From Octopus sinensis (lineage: Eukaryota), in NCBI RefSeq assembly GCF_006345805.1, contig NW_021835106.1:1-45636 (forward strand): 45,636 nucleotides of DNA, read 5' to 3'. The translations under genes were made by a program, and so were the position numbers. Within the stretch, counting starts at the first letter, position 1; the number at the start of each line of letters is the position of its first letter. Positions 34,800-45,636 of this stretch are shown here, one piece after another. The notes under the pieces are model-generated. The model searched no databases, had not been told where the DNA came from, and saw nothing but the letters and a program-made list of their open reading frames with translations.

Positions 34800-34950
34800 T
34801 ATATACGACGGGCTTCCTTCTGTTTCCGTGTACAAAATCCACTGACAAAGCTTTGGTCGGTCCGAGGCTATGGTAGAAAACATTTGCCCATGGTGCCATG
34901 TAGTGGGATTGAACCTGGAATCATGTGGTTGGTAAGCGAGCTACTTCCCC
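34575..34950 (-). mobile_element. tRNA-derived SINE (family 3) with internal microsatellite
   Basis: Minus-strand head with B-box-like GGTTCAATCCC and tail …CTTAGCGGTTCGGCAAAGGAGACCGATAGAATAAGTACTAGG. Partial copies at about 20228-20275, 27430-27610, 29455-29555, 31575-31715 and 35335-35400. Confidence 0.75.
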
Positions 34951-35449
34951 TACAGACACTCCTGTTTGTTAACCTGACAACAAGTTGAAGGTGAGCTCTG
35001 ACTGGTTGTATGCAAATGAGTTCATTAATGGGATCCGGAACACTCGTGGCTGGGTCACATGAGACGATGCGACCACCTTGGGTATGGGTGGACTGTGCTC
35101 AAACACCCACCCGTCCTATCACCCACACATATAGATACATGCAAAGACGCACACTCGTAGCTATTTATGCTTTAAAAATGTTGACCATAAAACTGTGACA
35201 TTCTGAAGAAAGTGTATGAGTGTGTGTGTGTGTGCTTTCATTTCTGCTTCGCTGAATTTGTGAAAGAGCGACGGGAACTTGTTGACATCGATGACAATTT
35301 TCGTATATTGCCTCTTTTTTTTTTCTTTTGTCAGTCATTGAATTGTGGCCATGCTGGGTTACCGCCTTGCAGGATTTTAGTCGAACCAATTGACCTCATT
35401 AAAGTAATTTTTTCAGCCTGGTAAGTATCCGCTCAGTTTATATATATAT

Positions 35450-35580
35450 ATACATACACAGTCCTTAAATCGTAGTCTTCGTTTCTGCTGGGGGCTCTCT
35501 CCATACAGAAGTTTAGCATATAGCATCTGTTTAAGGATCCTCTGATCATTAACCTAAAGAAAATGTCCAGTCCATCATTA
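35450..35580 (-). mobile_element. RTE/BovB-like LINE C-terminal remnant
   Basis: Minus frame VNDQRILKQMLYAKLLYGESPQQKRRLRFKDCV resembles the RTE motif D.R.PKQ.LY.EL…R.KD. Confidence 0.55.
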
Positions 35581-37268
35581 TTCTCTGTGCTTTTATAATT
35601 TGACAAATTCAACCTCTCTTCTCTGGGCAACATATTTTCCTTTTGATGCTTTTAAAATATGAAAATTACTTTGACAGTCATTGACCAAAACAAGACGAAT
35701 ATCTCCGTCAGTAAAGGAATTTGTCTGGGGTCACCAAAGTTTGAAGAAGTTACTCTTTTAGTTTTATAAAGTCACTAAAAGTCTTACGTTTTCTCAATTT
35801 ATAGAAAACTAACACTTTTATAAATGAGTTTATTGCTACGCATTAAATGTTAAAACTAAATTTTCTCCAGCTGGTCTATATAAACAGTAACCTATAGCTT
35901 TGGACAGCTTTATTTTTTTGTTGTGTATTACATTGCATATAATGTGTGAAAAGCATTTCTCCCCCAGTTATCCAAGAAAAAAATCAGAAACTTATGTTAT
36001 CAATTTATTTGGAATAATTTTGTACAAAGTTTGATACAAAATAATTTTGTTGTGTCTGGGGAGAGTCATTCTCTTTTAGTGCCTTATTATTTAACACACT
36101 CACCGGTAAAATTTCGGTTTGCTTTAAAAGTAATTATCAATTTCTGAATAAAGTTTATTTTATCTAATTTAAATATCTTGATTATTTAATTTAAAAACAA
36201 TCAGGTTTGTTCACTTCTATCACAAAAGAATCCAATAAAAAGTGGAGAATACTTATGAGTCTTCTTTCCAATTCCACAAAAGTCTGCTCGGTAGAGCTTC
36301 CTGTCACATCTTATAATGTACATAAAGGTCTCATGTATTTTACTTATTTAATCTTGGTCTCTGCTGTAAGAACTTGAAATCTAATTTCAATTAAAATAAC
36401 ATGTAATAACAGTGGAGTAATATGAAGGTAAATATTGTAGGGAAGAATTGTACTCTTCCTTTATCTGAAGTTATTTAAAAAGAGGGAGACACTGTGGCTT
36501 TTCCACAATCACATGCAATTAAAACAACAAATGTTGTGTCATTATTTTATTATCTCACAATTTTTCAGCACAGCTATTGTTTAATTATAATTTTTTGGAT
36601 TTATTTTCATATGTATAATAGTGAAGTTTTATTTTTACTGACGAAAATTGCAGTCATTAGTAAATAACGAAGGTCATAAAGTAAGAATATAAAGTTAAAA
36701 TATTGTATATTGCACTCAAAACCCCCTGAATTTTTATTCAACCACCGCCACTTTGAAGAGGCCTGTCTTAAACCACAACAGGACAAAGTGAGATATATCC
36801 TTAGATACATCATGTATTATATAGAAATACTATCTCTATAGGATATATAAAGGAAAAAGACATCAATATATATATCCAGGCATTCTACTCTCAGCTAAAA
36901 TGAAGGTAGATAACTATCAATATAGGAGAAGATATTAAAGCTGTCTATATAACAATATAGGGATGGGATTAGATAGATATACAACAGCAACAACAATAAA
37001 TGAACATTTCAAAGTTTGTCTTTATTTTAAAAGTGAATTTTTAACAAAGGAGCAAAACCAGTGATGGGATCACAATGTGGTTGATATACCTGCTAGAATT
37101 AGCAGCTAAATTCACACGATATCACTGTACAGAAGGGCATATTGGACGAGATGGTTGCGGGTTCTCTTTGGAAATAGGCATGATGGTCCTGGCTGGAATG
37201 CGTTTGATCAAAAGACTCTGTTTGGTCAAGGTTAATCTGAAGCTAAACAACAACAGTTACACAGAAAT

Positions 37269-37467
37269 TCACTTTGCGTCTAATGACAGACATTCCATCG
37301 CAGCGAAACATTCAGCTTCTTCAAGAGCTGCACTTAATGTTGCGTGTGTCCGTGTTTCTGGGTCGCAATTTTTGAACCATTCGCGAAGCATCAGGTAGCC
37401 TTGTTTTACAGTGTCAATAGACTCATCATCAATTTTCAGTTCAGTTGTATCAACTCCTAAAAAATAG
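37269..37467 (-). pseudogene. Last coding exon of a death-domain gene: …LGVDTTELKIDDESIDTVKQGYLMLREWFKNCDPETRTHATLSAALEEAECFAAMECLSLDAK-stop
   Basis: Death-domain-like helices (LG..EL..I…Y.ML..W…T…L..AL.E), acceptor gtgtcttttgcAG, AATAAA at 37021-37026 on the minus strand. One T is missing in the T-run needed to read AIFLGV in phase 1. Confidence 0.75.
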
Positions 37468-37809
37468 CTGCAAAAGACACAACAATAAGAAATAAATGCA
37501 ACAACATTGACAATAACATAAAACGCTGTGTACTGTAGGTTGTTATGAATATAACAAACAAACTTTATCAATAGAGAAGTAAAAAAGAAATAGCTAAGAA
37601 ACATGAAAAATATAAGACAATGTTTTCTATTGACAAAAATAACAAAGAGTTTGAATTAAACGAGATTTTTAAAGAAAATTAATTGAAAATTATACTTGAG
37701 AAAATATATGGTAAACGAGGGCAGGAAAACTTTTGTGAAGGCAAAAGTATATCAGAACCTCAAGAATTAACATTGACCTCCAACAGTGAAGAAAGCATAT
37801 GATCCATCC

Positions 37810-38430
37810 ATTTCCTCTGCTCAATATTCTTGAAAGGGCTGTGGGGAAAGAGTCCTCAGGCACCTCCTCCATAGGGTCCTATCAGAAGCATCCATCATTA
37901 GACATTCTGCTTGTATTCTATGATGTGAAGAACTAAGACTATGGATATCATCCAACCATTTCTTTCTTGGCCTCCCCCTCGGTATCCTGTTCCATTGGTT
38001 TGACTTTGAGAACATGTCCTGTAATTCATTCCTGCAACACCCTGATCACATGTCCGAGGTACCACAGATGTGGAGGAGACGTGGCTCAACCTGGAGAGAC
38101 TCCCAGATCCTGAACTATAAATCCTATTGAGTAACATTACTCCAAAGACCCTTTAGAGGAATCCCATATATCTGTCTTATTCTGGTAGATTTCAGACCTG
38201 GTATTCAAAGGGTCATGAAAGTACTGTCCCTCTGTGCCATCTACTACTTTGCAAAGTTCCCAAGAGGACACTAGAAATCGAATGATCAGTGATTGTCCAA
38301 CAGTCGATAATTCTAAGTCAAATTCAACCCATTTCAAACTCTCCAATGAACTCCAGGTTCAATCAATTCTACAGAGCCTATTCAGTTATTATTATGTCAG
38401 TCTCAATGAGAGATGCCACCTCCAGTTCGG
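37810..38430 (-). mobile_element. RTE-like LINE 3' fragment inside the death-domain gene intron
   Basis: Frameshifted LWYLGHVIRV and RIPRGRPRKKWLDDI…DRTLWRR motifs. Confidence 0.75.
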
Positions 38431-39033
38431 CTTGACTTGTGAATGTTCATTTTCTGGTAAATTCCCTTAAAGGAATTCTCTGTTTTCGCCTGAGGAGAAT
38501 GATAGGATTTCGCTGTGTCACCTTTATTAAATCTCTTTTTATTGAAGCATTTACAGACATATGTCATGTGGTAAAGTCATTGCAAAATGACAAATCTAAA
38601 TTGGAATTATCAGCTTCCAACACAATAATCCAATAAATAATGGCTGCAAGAAGAACCAAACTCAAAGTCTTCTGTTTGAAGAAAGATGCTTTGTTTTAGA
38701 TGTTAACTTTGGTACTTGTCCTTCATTACAATAACCTAACAGTGAACCTAAAGAAAATGTAAAACAAATTCACTCATCTGTTTACCCTTAAACAATATAT
38801 TTAGTTCCTCTTCCAAAAGATAATATTAAACGCCATTTTATTTTCTAGTTTATCCATTATTACCAACCATGCTAACCTCAGTGGATATTTTATGAAATAT
38901 CAGGAATATCGTAATAAAAATTGTCATACAGATAACCTATCAATGGGATGAGGAATGTAACTTGTTCTCATTCATTCTGACAAATAAAATAGATGGGTGA
39001 AAGTAAATATATAGAGAAATCAAATATACTCAC

Positions 39034-39104
39034 CCACTTGCCACCAATCACTTCCTAACCTCTTAGCCACTCTCAGAAGATCCTCTCCTTCAGAACTGGA
39101 CTCT
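39034..39104 (-). pseudogene. Death-domain N-terminal exon: SPVLKE(fs)DLLRVAKRLGSDWWQV
   Basis: Acceptor tttatttcAG, donor GTGAGT, DLL.VAK.LG.DW motif. It is 71 nt, whereas 72 nt would give a phase 1-1 exon like its paralogs. Confidence 0.75.
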
Positions 39105-41610
39105 CTGAAATAAATATTTCCAAGTTATATAATTATTGTAAAACTTATTTATCTCTATAAATATTCTGTAGTTTATTGTTGTGGGACATTGTTATCATCA
39201 GTGGTTGGCTGGTGACCACTAGGGTTTTGCTCAGTATTTTTATACTTTCCATTGTGGGACCAGGTAATAGCTCAATATTTAGGCCCGCAACAAAATAGAC
39301 TAACTTTCCGAAACTTTGTTTCTCTTTAAAGAGACATCCTACATAATCTAACAATGTTGCAATTATTTATTTAATTATCATTTCATGAGACTGTTTCTTC
39401 TCATAGTTCTCTCTCTCCTTTGATATATCTCTGAACCAATCTATGACATGCGACTGTCCTCTGAACTCTAGACTTCACTAACCACCATTCTCCTCATCTT
39501 CTGCTAAAGTGCAATATCATCCAATGTGGTCTCCAAAGATCTCGTCACAAATGCATGACACACCACTTCAAGTAAAATAAACATAATACCAGTTCTCTTT
39601 GCTGTTGGAAAATCTGAATTTTATCATCCTACATCCCAGATCACCTGGTCATTATCTGGTGCAGGGAATATTTTAAGACTCCTTAATAAAGGTGAGCAAT
39701 GATCAGTTCTCCACAGATGAAACAAAAAGTGATATCAGGTGTCCTAAAACACTGCACACTTGTACAAAACCCCATTAACTACATACAACTGGACATCTAC
39801 ACATTAATGCAGTGAAGACATCTGAAATGGTACAAAAGGACTGATACTCAAAAATATATAAGAAAGACGGGAATACAAAGTGCGAGCTCCAAATCTTTTA
39901 TTTTCCAGAATGTTTGGCAATTTATTTCTTTTAACCCATCTTCGTTCTGTGACGTGATCTCAATGCCTTTACTATTATTGCAAAATAGGTAGTTTACCAT
40001 CGTCGTAATAGTTTTTCAAGTTCCCTTTAAACTTCATCAGGGTTTCTCCTGCTATTTTGACCTTCACTTGTTTCTGCTGACCTTTCACAAATGACGGGTC
40101 ATTACCCATTTGCATTGAAGCACATTCTTCACCAAGTTCCTCAGTCTACCCAGTTAATCCAGAACTATTTGCATATCCTTTATTTGTTGTTACTATTGTT
40201 ATGTAATCCATTAATGTCTTCTCGAGTGGTTTTCCTTTGAGCCATTTCTTATCAATCTGCTGATTTAAGTAACATCTCCATAACAATCACAAACCAAATG
40301 ACTGATTTGTAGAAAACTACAGCAATTCCCGTTTCAAAATGATACCAGTCTATCGAGAAAGTTTTCCTCATGAACTGCATATTGAAATTGTTATAGCAGC
40401 TCCTCATCAGATCCTTAATCTTTTCTCATATATAAAACAGGTCCACTGCTTCCATCAACAATTTGTTTGCTAGAGAACCATAAACCAGATCAAATCACAC
40501 AACATTCAATCCCTTTTATTCTTCTTTCCGTCTTGTATCACATCCTAGATTTAAGACACATGTTCCACCCAGCAGGAATGCCAGAGGATTCCAGTCTTCG
40601 AGATACTTTTAGTCCCATATTCATTATTCTGTAGATTTACAGTTGATCTCTTTGTGAATACAACCTTGTAAATCTTGCCATTTATATTCAAGTTGAAATT
40701 AGTCTGAACTAATCAATAGGTATTTGATTGCTGGTTTCAATGGACATTTCAAACTGTCTATGAATGGGAATCATTGCTTTTGCTTTGGATCTCTGCATAT
40801 ATCCATCCAGTTCATCTTTATTGTATTTAGCTTTGTTCTCAGTATCTGCAAACAGAATTTCCTGTAGAAGTTAAAGAGGAGCGTTTAATTTTGTTGACAA
40901 CATGATCATTTTTCTAGTGCTTTTGGAGCAAAATTGTGCCCAAGGACTTTTTAAAGCGGTTGATGTTAGGAAAGGCACATCACCATAGAAAAGCCGGAAT
41001 GTGTTCCTCATCCAATCAAGGGGACAGTATTTGTTAATAAGAACTGACATGGATAGGAATCATCCATCCATCGATCGGAGCATAGACATCAGATGATGAA
41101 GGATGAGGGTCATCAGTGTCTATCTTGGAGAGAGAGGGAGAGAGAGAGAACGGTTGTCTCAACATCAAACCTAATACTTTTACATGGATAAAGACAATGT
41201 TTAGGGGATGTAATGATAAATTTATTATCAGTGAAACAAAAAGGCAGGGTGTTCACATAAGGAACACATTTCATTGTAAATCTGTCACATTATGAGAGAT
41301 ATTTGCTTAAATAGCAACAACAGCAATAACCTATCAGTAAACTTAGTAACTACATATTTAGTCCTCCGTTTCAAAATACAGTATTAATTCTATTGTCTTC
41401 TAAATTATCCATTTTCCGAACCATGCCAACCCCGTTGGATATTTGTGAAATTCCATTGATATCAAAATGTCTAATAGAATTATTATACAGCTAATATTTC
41501 AGATGTAAATTAGGAATGGATCTTGTCCTCAGTCATTCTGATAAACTACAAATGCTCAGGTGAAGGTTAAATTTATAGAAATCCATGAGGTACTGTTATT
41601 TGCTACTCAC

Positions 41611-41658
41611 CAACTGGCTGTGATGTTGTCAAGGCATCCTTCACAGAAGTTGGAGTCT
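41611..41658 (-). pseudogene. Small paralogous exon xTPTSVKDALTTSQPV (48 nt) with acceptor AG changed to AA
   Basis: Aligns to the 39104 acceptor context (tttcAG|agagtcca versus tttcAA|agactcca). Donor GTGAGT is intact. Confidence 0.55.
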
Positions 41659-42876
41659 TTGAAATGAAATTTTTCAAGCTTTACGTTTTATAGTATAATT
41701 TCATTATAGTTATTGATAATCAACACTTTATTATGTGTGGGAAGGGCATACAGCTGTAAAAACTAGTTCGTAGGGATGTGGTTGTGTACCCATGTAAAAG
41801 TTATGTTTACTTTGAGGGTAAAAGGTGTAAAATATCAGATGAGGGTACAAGATAATGCTATGAAACTTTCAGACAGACAAGTTTAAGAGAGTTAATGAAT
41901 GATAGCTGATTAATTATCATGTTAATGCAGCATAAAAACACTAACTATCAATATAGATTGTATAAAATCTGTGTGGAAGAACATGTGACATTTGTTACAA
42001 TTAATATGGTTGTGTCTCAGCACAGTTGATATTATGGTAGTTCCATGAGAAACCATAGAAAAATGTAACCATTTCCAGTACCGAATACTAATGATGAATT
42101 CTTTTCTTGGTCAGATAACAATGACCAGGTTCCATGATCTAATTTCAACAGAACAATCAAGTCGGAAGTAAAACCAAAATGTGGAAGACTGAAAACAGTG
42201 ACTCTCTTACAATTGAAACCATCTCAAAGCCAACAATTGTCAGTATAACGATGTCTATATGGACAGTAAACGTTATACAAACATCGTAACAAGCGATAAT
42301 TATATATATATAGTTAGAAAAGTGTTGTAAGTTCAAGTCACACTGGAATCTCATACGTTCATTCCTTTCCATGTATTGCATATGCTAGCATCAATGTTTT
42401 GTTCAAATGTGAACATATGTTCTCTGTTCAATATGAATGTTATCAAAATCACTGAACCGGTTTTCACAATCAATATTATTATACTGAGCTAATATGTTAT
42501 ACCAGACAGGAAACTACTGTAACAATCTAAGACAAAGAATTATGATGAGTTACTGGAAGACAGCATCATCATCCTCATCATCAATATTCAAAGTTTGTTT
42601 TCCATGCTGGAATGGGTTGGAAATCTTGACAGGATCTGACAAGCCAGACAACTGCACCAGGCCCCAGATGGTTTCTTTTGCATGGTTTCTACTGTAGGAT
42701 GCTCTTACTGATGCCAACCACCTCACAAAGTGTACGTGGCCCCTTTTTATAAAGCACAAGTACTGGCATATTTAGCCAAAAGACATGTAAGACAAAGACC
42801 CCACAGCCAGGAGAGGGGGTATTGCAAATTTCTCTCCCCGCATCCTGATACTTTTGTCATCACATTCCCTTCTCAC

Positions 42877-42933
42877 CTCCTGAAATGTCATCAGCTTCAG
42901 TGAACCAAAACATCATAGAATAGTGAGGACCGT
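42877..42933 (-). CDS. Possible 57-nt phase 1-1 exon xGPHYSMMFWFTEADDISG
   Basis: AG acceptor (ataattAG), donor GAG|GTGAGA, open symmetric frame. No homology support. Confidence 0.35.
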
Positions 42934-43690
42934 CTAATTATATAGAATGTAACACAACTTGATTACTACTTGTGCTATAATTAAATGCTCCCAGAACACA
43001 CTAGGAAGTGGTTGGTGGAAACTAGGAAAGATGACACCACAAGTTTGAAAGGAACGTTTGATATTGTTGGGGAATTGATGATCATTTCTAATGCTTGTGC
43101 GACAATAAAATATACCCAGGACCCTTTATAAAGTGGTTGGGGTTAGAAAGGGTCTACCACCTTAGAAAAGCTGCAATGTTTAAGTGAGATGTTTTCCTCA
43201 ACAAATGACGGTTGGCAGTTAATTTCAGATACAACTGACTTGGACAGTGATGACCCACATAGTGTATGGGAGCATGGAGAGGAGAGCAGATGAGAAAAGA
43301 TGAAGATGATATCATTTATTGTATTGAAAACTTTTAACCAGCATCTTTCTTGAAAAGACGGAGAGAAAGAGCATGAGAGAGAGAGAGAGAATGAATGAGT
43401 ACAAATGAGATGACAAACAGGGCGAATATTCTCCTTAACGGGAGAGAACGGTTCAGGGTTATATTTAATTTTTGTATCTTTCTTTCTGCGAGTGAATGAG
43501 TAACAGATGTTTGCATAAAGTACATTTATTGGATATTCATGTTGTTGTAGAAGAACAGAATTTCTTTATAGCTAAGCATTCAAATGAAATGTAGCAGTGG
43601 TATCTGTTCTCGGTCATTCTATTGACCAAAAAGCTCAGTAAAAGCTAAAACTTTATAGAAATCAATTATGTAATGTCATTCTATACTCAG

Positions 43691-43741
43691 CACGTGGCTC
43701 TTCTACTGTCTGGACCTCTTTGTCTCCCAAAATTGGCCTTG
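43691..43741 (-). pseudogene. Small paralogous exon xRPILGDKEVQTVEEPR (51 nt) with donor GT changed to CT
   Basis: Acceptor context ttggaaatatttatttcAG is identical to that of the 39104 exon. The donor position reads CTGAGT. Confidence 0.55.
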
Positions 43742-44024
43742 CTGAAATAAATATTTCCAAGATTATACTTGATTATACTTGTGACCAAATGACAAATTTA
43801 CTCTATTGTGTCTTCTAATTTGAACATTATTACCAACAGCATTAACCTCAATGGGTATTTCATAAACTCACAGTAAATGATATCTTTAATTCAAATTATT
43901 ATACAGATAATCGTTAATTAGAAAATAGGAATGAAGCTGTTTCAGTATTCTTTCAAGCACAATATACTCGGGGAAGAAAGAAAACATTATAGAAATTCAT
44001 TGGGAACTATTATTTTATACTCAC

Positions 44025-44103
44025 CAATTGCCTGAGATGAAACCTCTAATTCCTGACATGTAGCCTCTGTTTGTACCACACATGTCCTCAAAGTTTGGAG
44101 CCT
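44025..44103 (-). pseudogene. Small paralogous exon (79 nt, +1 frameshift relative to a 78-nt phase 1-1 exon)
   Basis: Acceptor ttggaaatattttttacAG, donor GTGAGT. Reads xAP(fs)TLRTCVVQTEATCQELEVSSQAI in register with the paralogous exons. Confidence 0.5.
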
Positions 44104-45636
44104 CTGTAAAAAATATTTCCAAGTTTTACATTTAAAAATAAACTACTTTATCTTTATTTTTATTAAGCACTACTTGTTATTGTGAGACATTCAATTCCTG
44201 TCGGTACTGGTCAAATGTTGACCATTATGGTTTGGTCAATATTTCGTACTTTCTACAGTGGTCTCATGTAATCTCCAAATGTCCACAATAAAACAGACTA
44301 ACATCCTATATCCACCCTCTCCCTCTCTTTCTTTTTTCACTCTGTCTGTCTGTCTGTATGTCTGTCTCTCTCTCTCTCTCTAGAAACACATTAAATATTC
44401 TAACAATGTACCAATTATCTCATTTAATTAACACTTGATAAGAGTTTTCTCTTAGCTTTGTCTTTCTCTTTTTGTAACTGTGCCAAATCTATGGCATGGC
44501 ACTGTCCTCTCATCTCTAGAATTCACTAATCAACATTCCTCTCTAATTAAGTAAAACTGAGCCCATAAAGACATGTCCTTTATGTGCATACCCTCCACCC
44601 CGCACACAATCTGTCCCCTACAAAACATCTCCACAAGCCAAATTCCATACACCCTTCCCCAACATGATCCCTAACAAGATATAAAATGTAATGTGATGGT
44701 ACACGATGTCCCTATGACAAAATAAGTTTACATTTCAGACATACAACTGTAAGAGAGTTAATGAATTATAGCTTATTAATTATCATGATAATTGGGTATA
44801 TATGTGATACAATGGCACTGTGCCTGACGGTGCAATACTAGATATCAATATAGATTGTATATAATCTGAGTAAAGAACATATAACCTTCATTACAATGAA
44901 TATGATTGTGTCTCAGCACAGCTAATATTATGGTAGTTCCATGAGCAAACGAAGAAAGATATAACCAAGTCCACTGCCAAATACTAATGATTAATTCATT
45001 TCCTGGTCAAATAACAATGACTATCTTTCATTAAATAATTTGAACGCAACAATCAAGACCAAAGGGTGAAACACTCAGAAAACTGTGCCTCTTTTAGCAT
45101 TAATATCATCTAAAATCTAACAAGAGTGAGAAAAAGAATGACTATATGGATGGTAAATGTTGTTCAAACAATGTAATAAGTGTATATTATATATAGTTAC
45201 AAACAGGGATTTGTGTTTTCATATTATATTCAATTTCCGTTTGTATATTTTGTATAAACACCAATAATTTGTTTAAATGCAAACAGATGTTCACGGTTCA
45301 ATACCAAATTTAACATTTAATAAAATTAAGTTCATGATGAATATTCTTATACAGAGTTAATATTTAATTAGAATTTTCTAATTTGCAACAACAAAATGTA
45401 TTCTTACCACAGACATTCAGGGTACACAGCCCCAGAAAATACAACATATTACGACAGACATCTGGCTACATAACAACATCAAGAATAACCTATCAGAAAA
45501 CTTACGAAAGATCTTAGTAGAAAAACAAACAACTATCTTAACTCACGAGTTTACACCTAAAAATAATAATAAATTATAGTTCCCTCTTCCAGAAGACAAT
45601 ATTAACTCTATTGTGGCTTTTAATTTATCCATTTTA

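Noticed and set aside
35405-35425. Apparent 4-nt microexon ttttcAG CCTG GTAAGT on the + strand
   Set aside because: It lies in a SINE tail where similar sequence is part of the consensus, and there is no + strand gene context.
39500-40900. Possible decayed LINE or transposase coding sequence on the minus strand
   Set aside because: All frames are heavily interrupted and no diagnostic motif could be recognised by eye.
45411-45470. Possible additional minus-strand exon ending at a GTAAGA donor
   Set aside because: The frame and acceptor are ambiguous, and part of the region resembles duplicated intron sequence at ~41320.

Overview
AT-rich eukaryotic (animal) genomic DNA, dense in microsatellites and retroposons. 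The SINE/LINE families resemble those known from octopod cephalopods; that organism call is inferred from repeat content only. The + strand from 1 to about 16270 carries the 3' part of a spliced gene that the ORF track misses or reads in the wrong frame. It has a very acidic low-complexity exon (about 40% D/E), a 77-nt exon resembling the C-terminal half of an EMI domain, and seven 120-nt phase-1 exons that each encode one strongly Arg-rich EGF or calcium-binding EGF module (order A-B-A-C-B-A-C), plus a possible short terminal exon. The last six EGF exons come from a recent ~4.19-kb tandem duplication whose breakpoint lies in (AAT)n retroposon tails. The middle of the window is a transposon graveyard: Tx1/L1, R4-type, RTE, Helitron and Chapaev3-like remnants, a MITE with an 8-bp TSD, a 4.6-kb (TA)n-flanked Penelope-like element with a hammerhead ribozyme motif and a 630-bp internal array, and a 491-bp tandem array ending in a foldback inversion. 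The - strand from about 37000 to 45636 carries a death-domain gene built of small phase-1 exons, five of which show frameshift or splice-site lesions, so it is probably a pseudogene. There are no prokaryotic features, true tRNA or rRNA genes, or CRISPR arrays.
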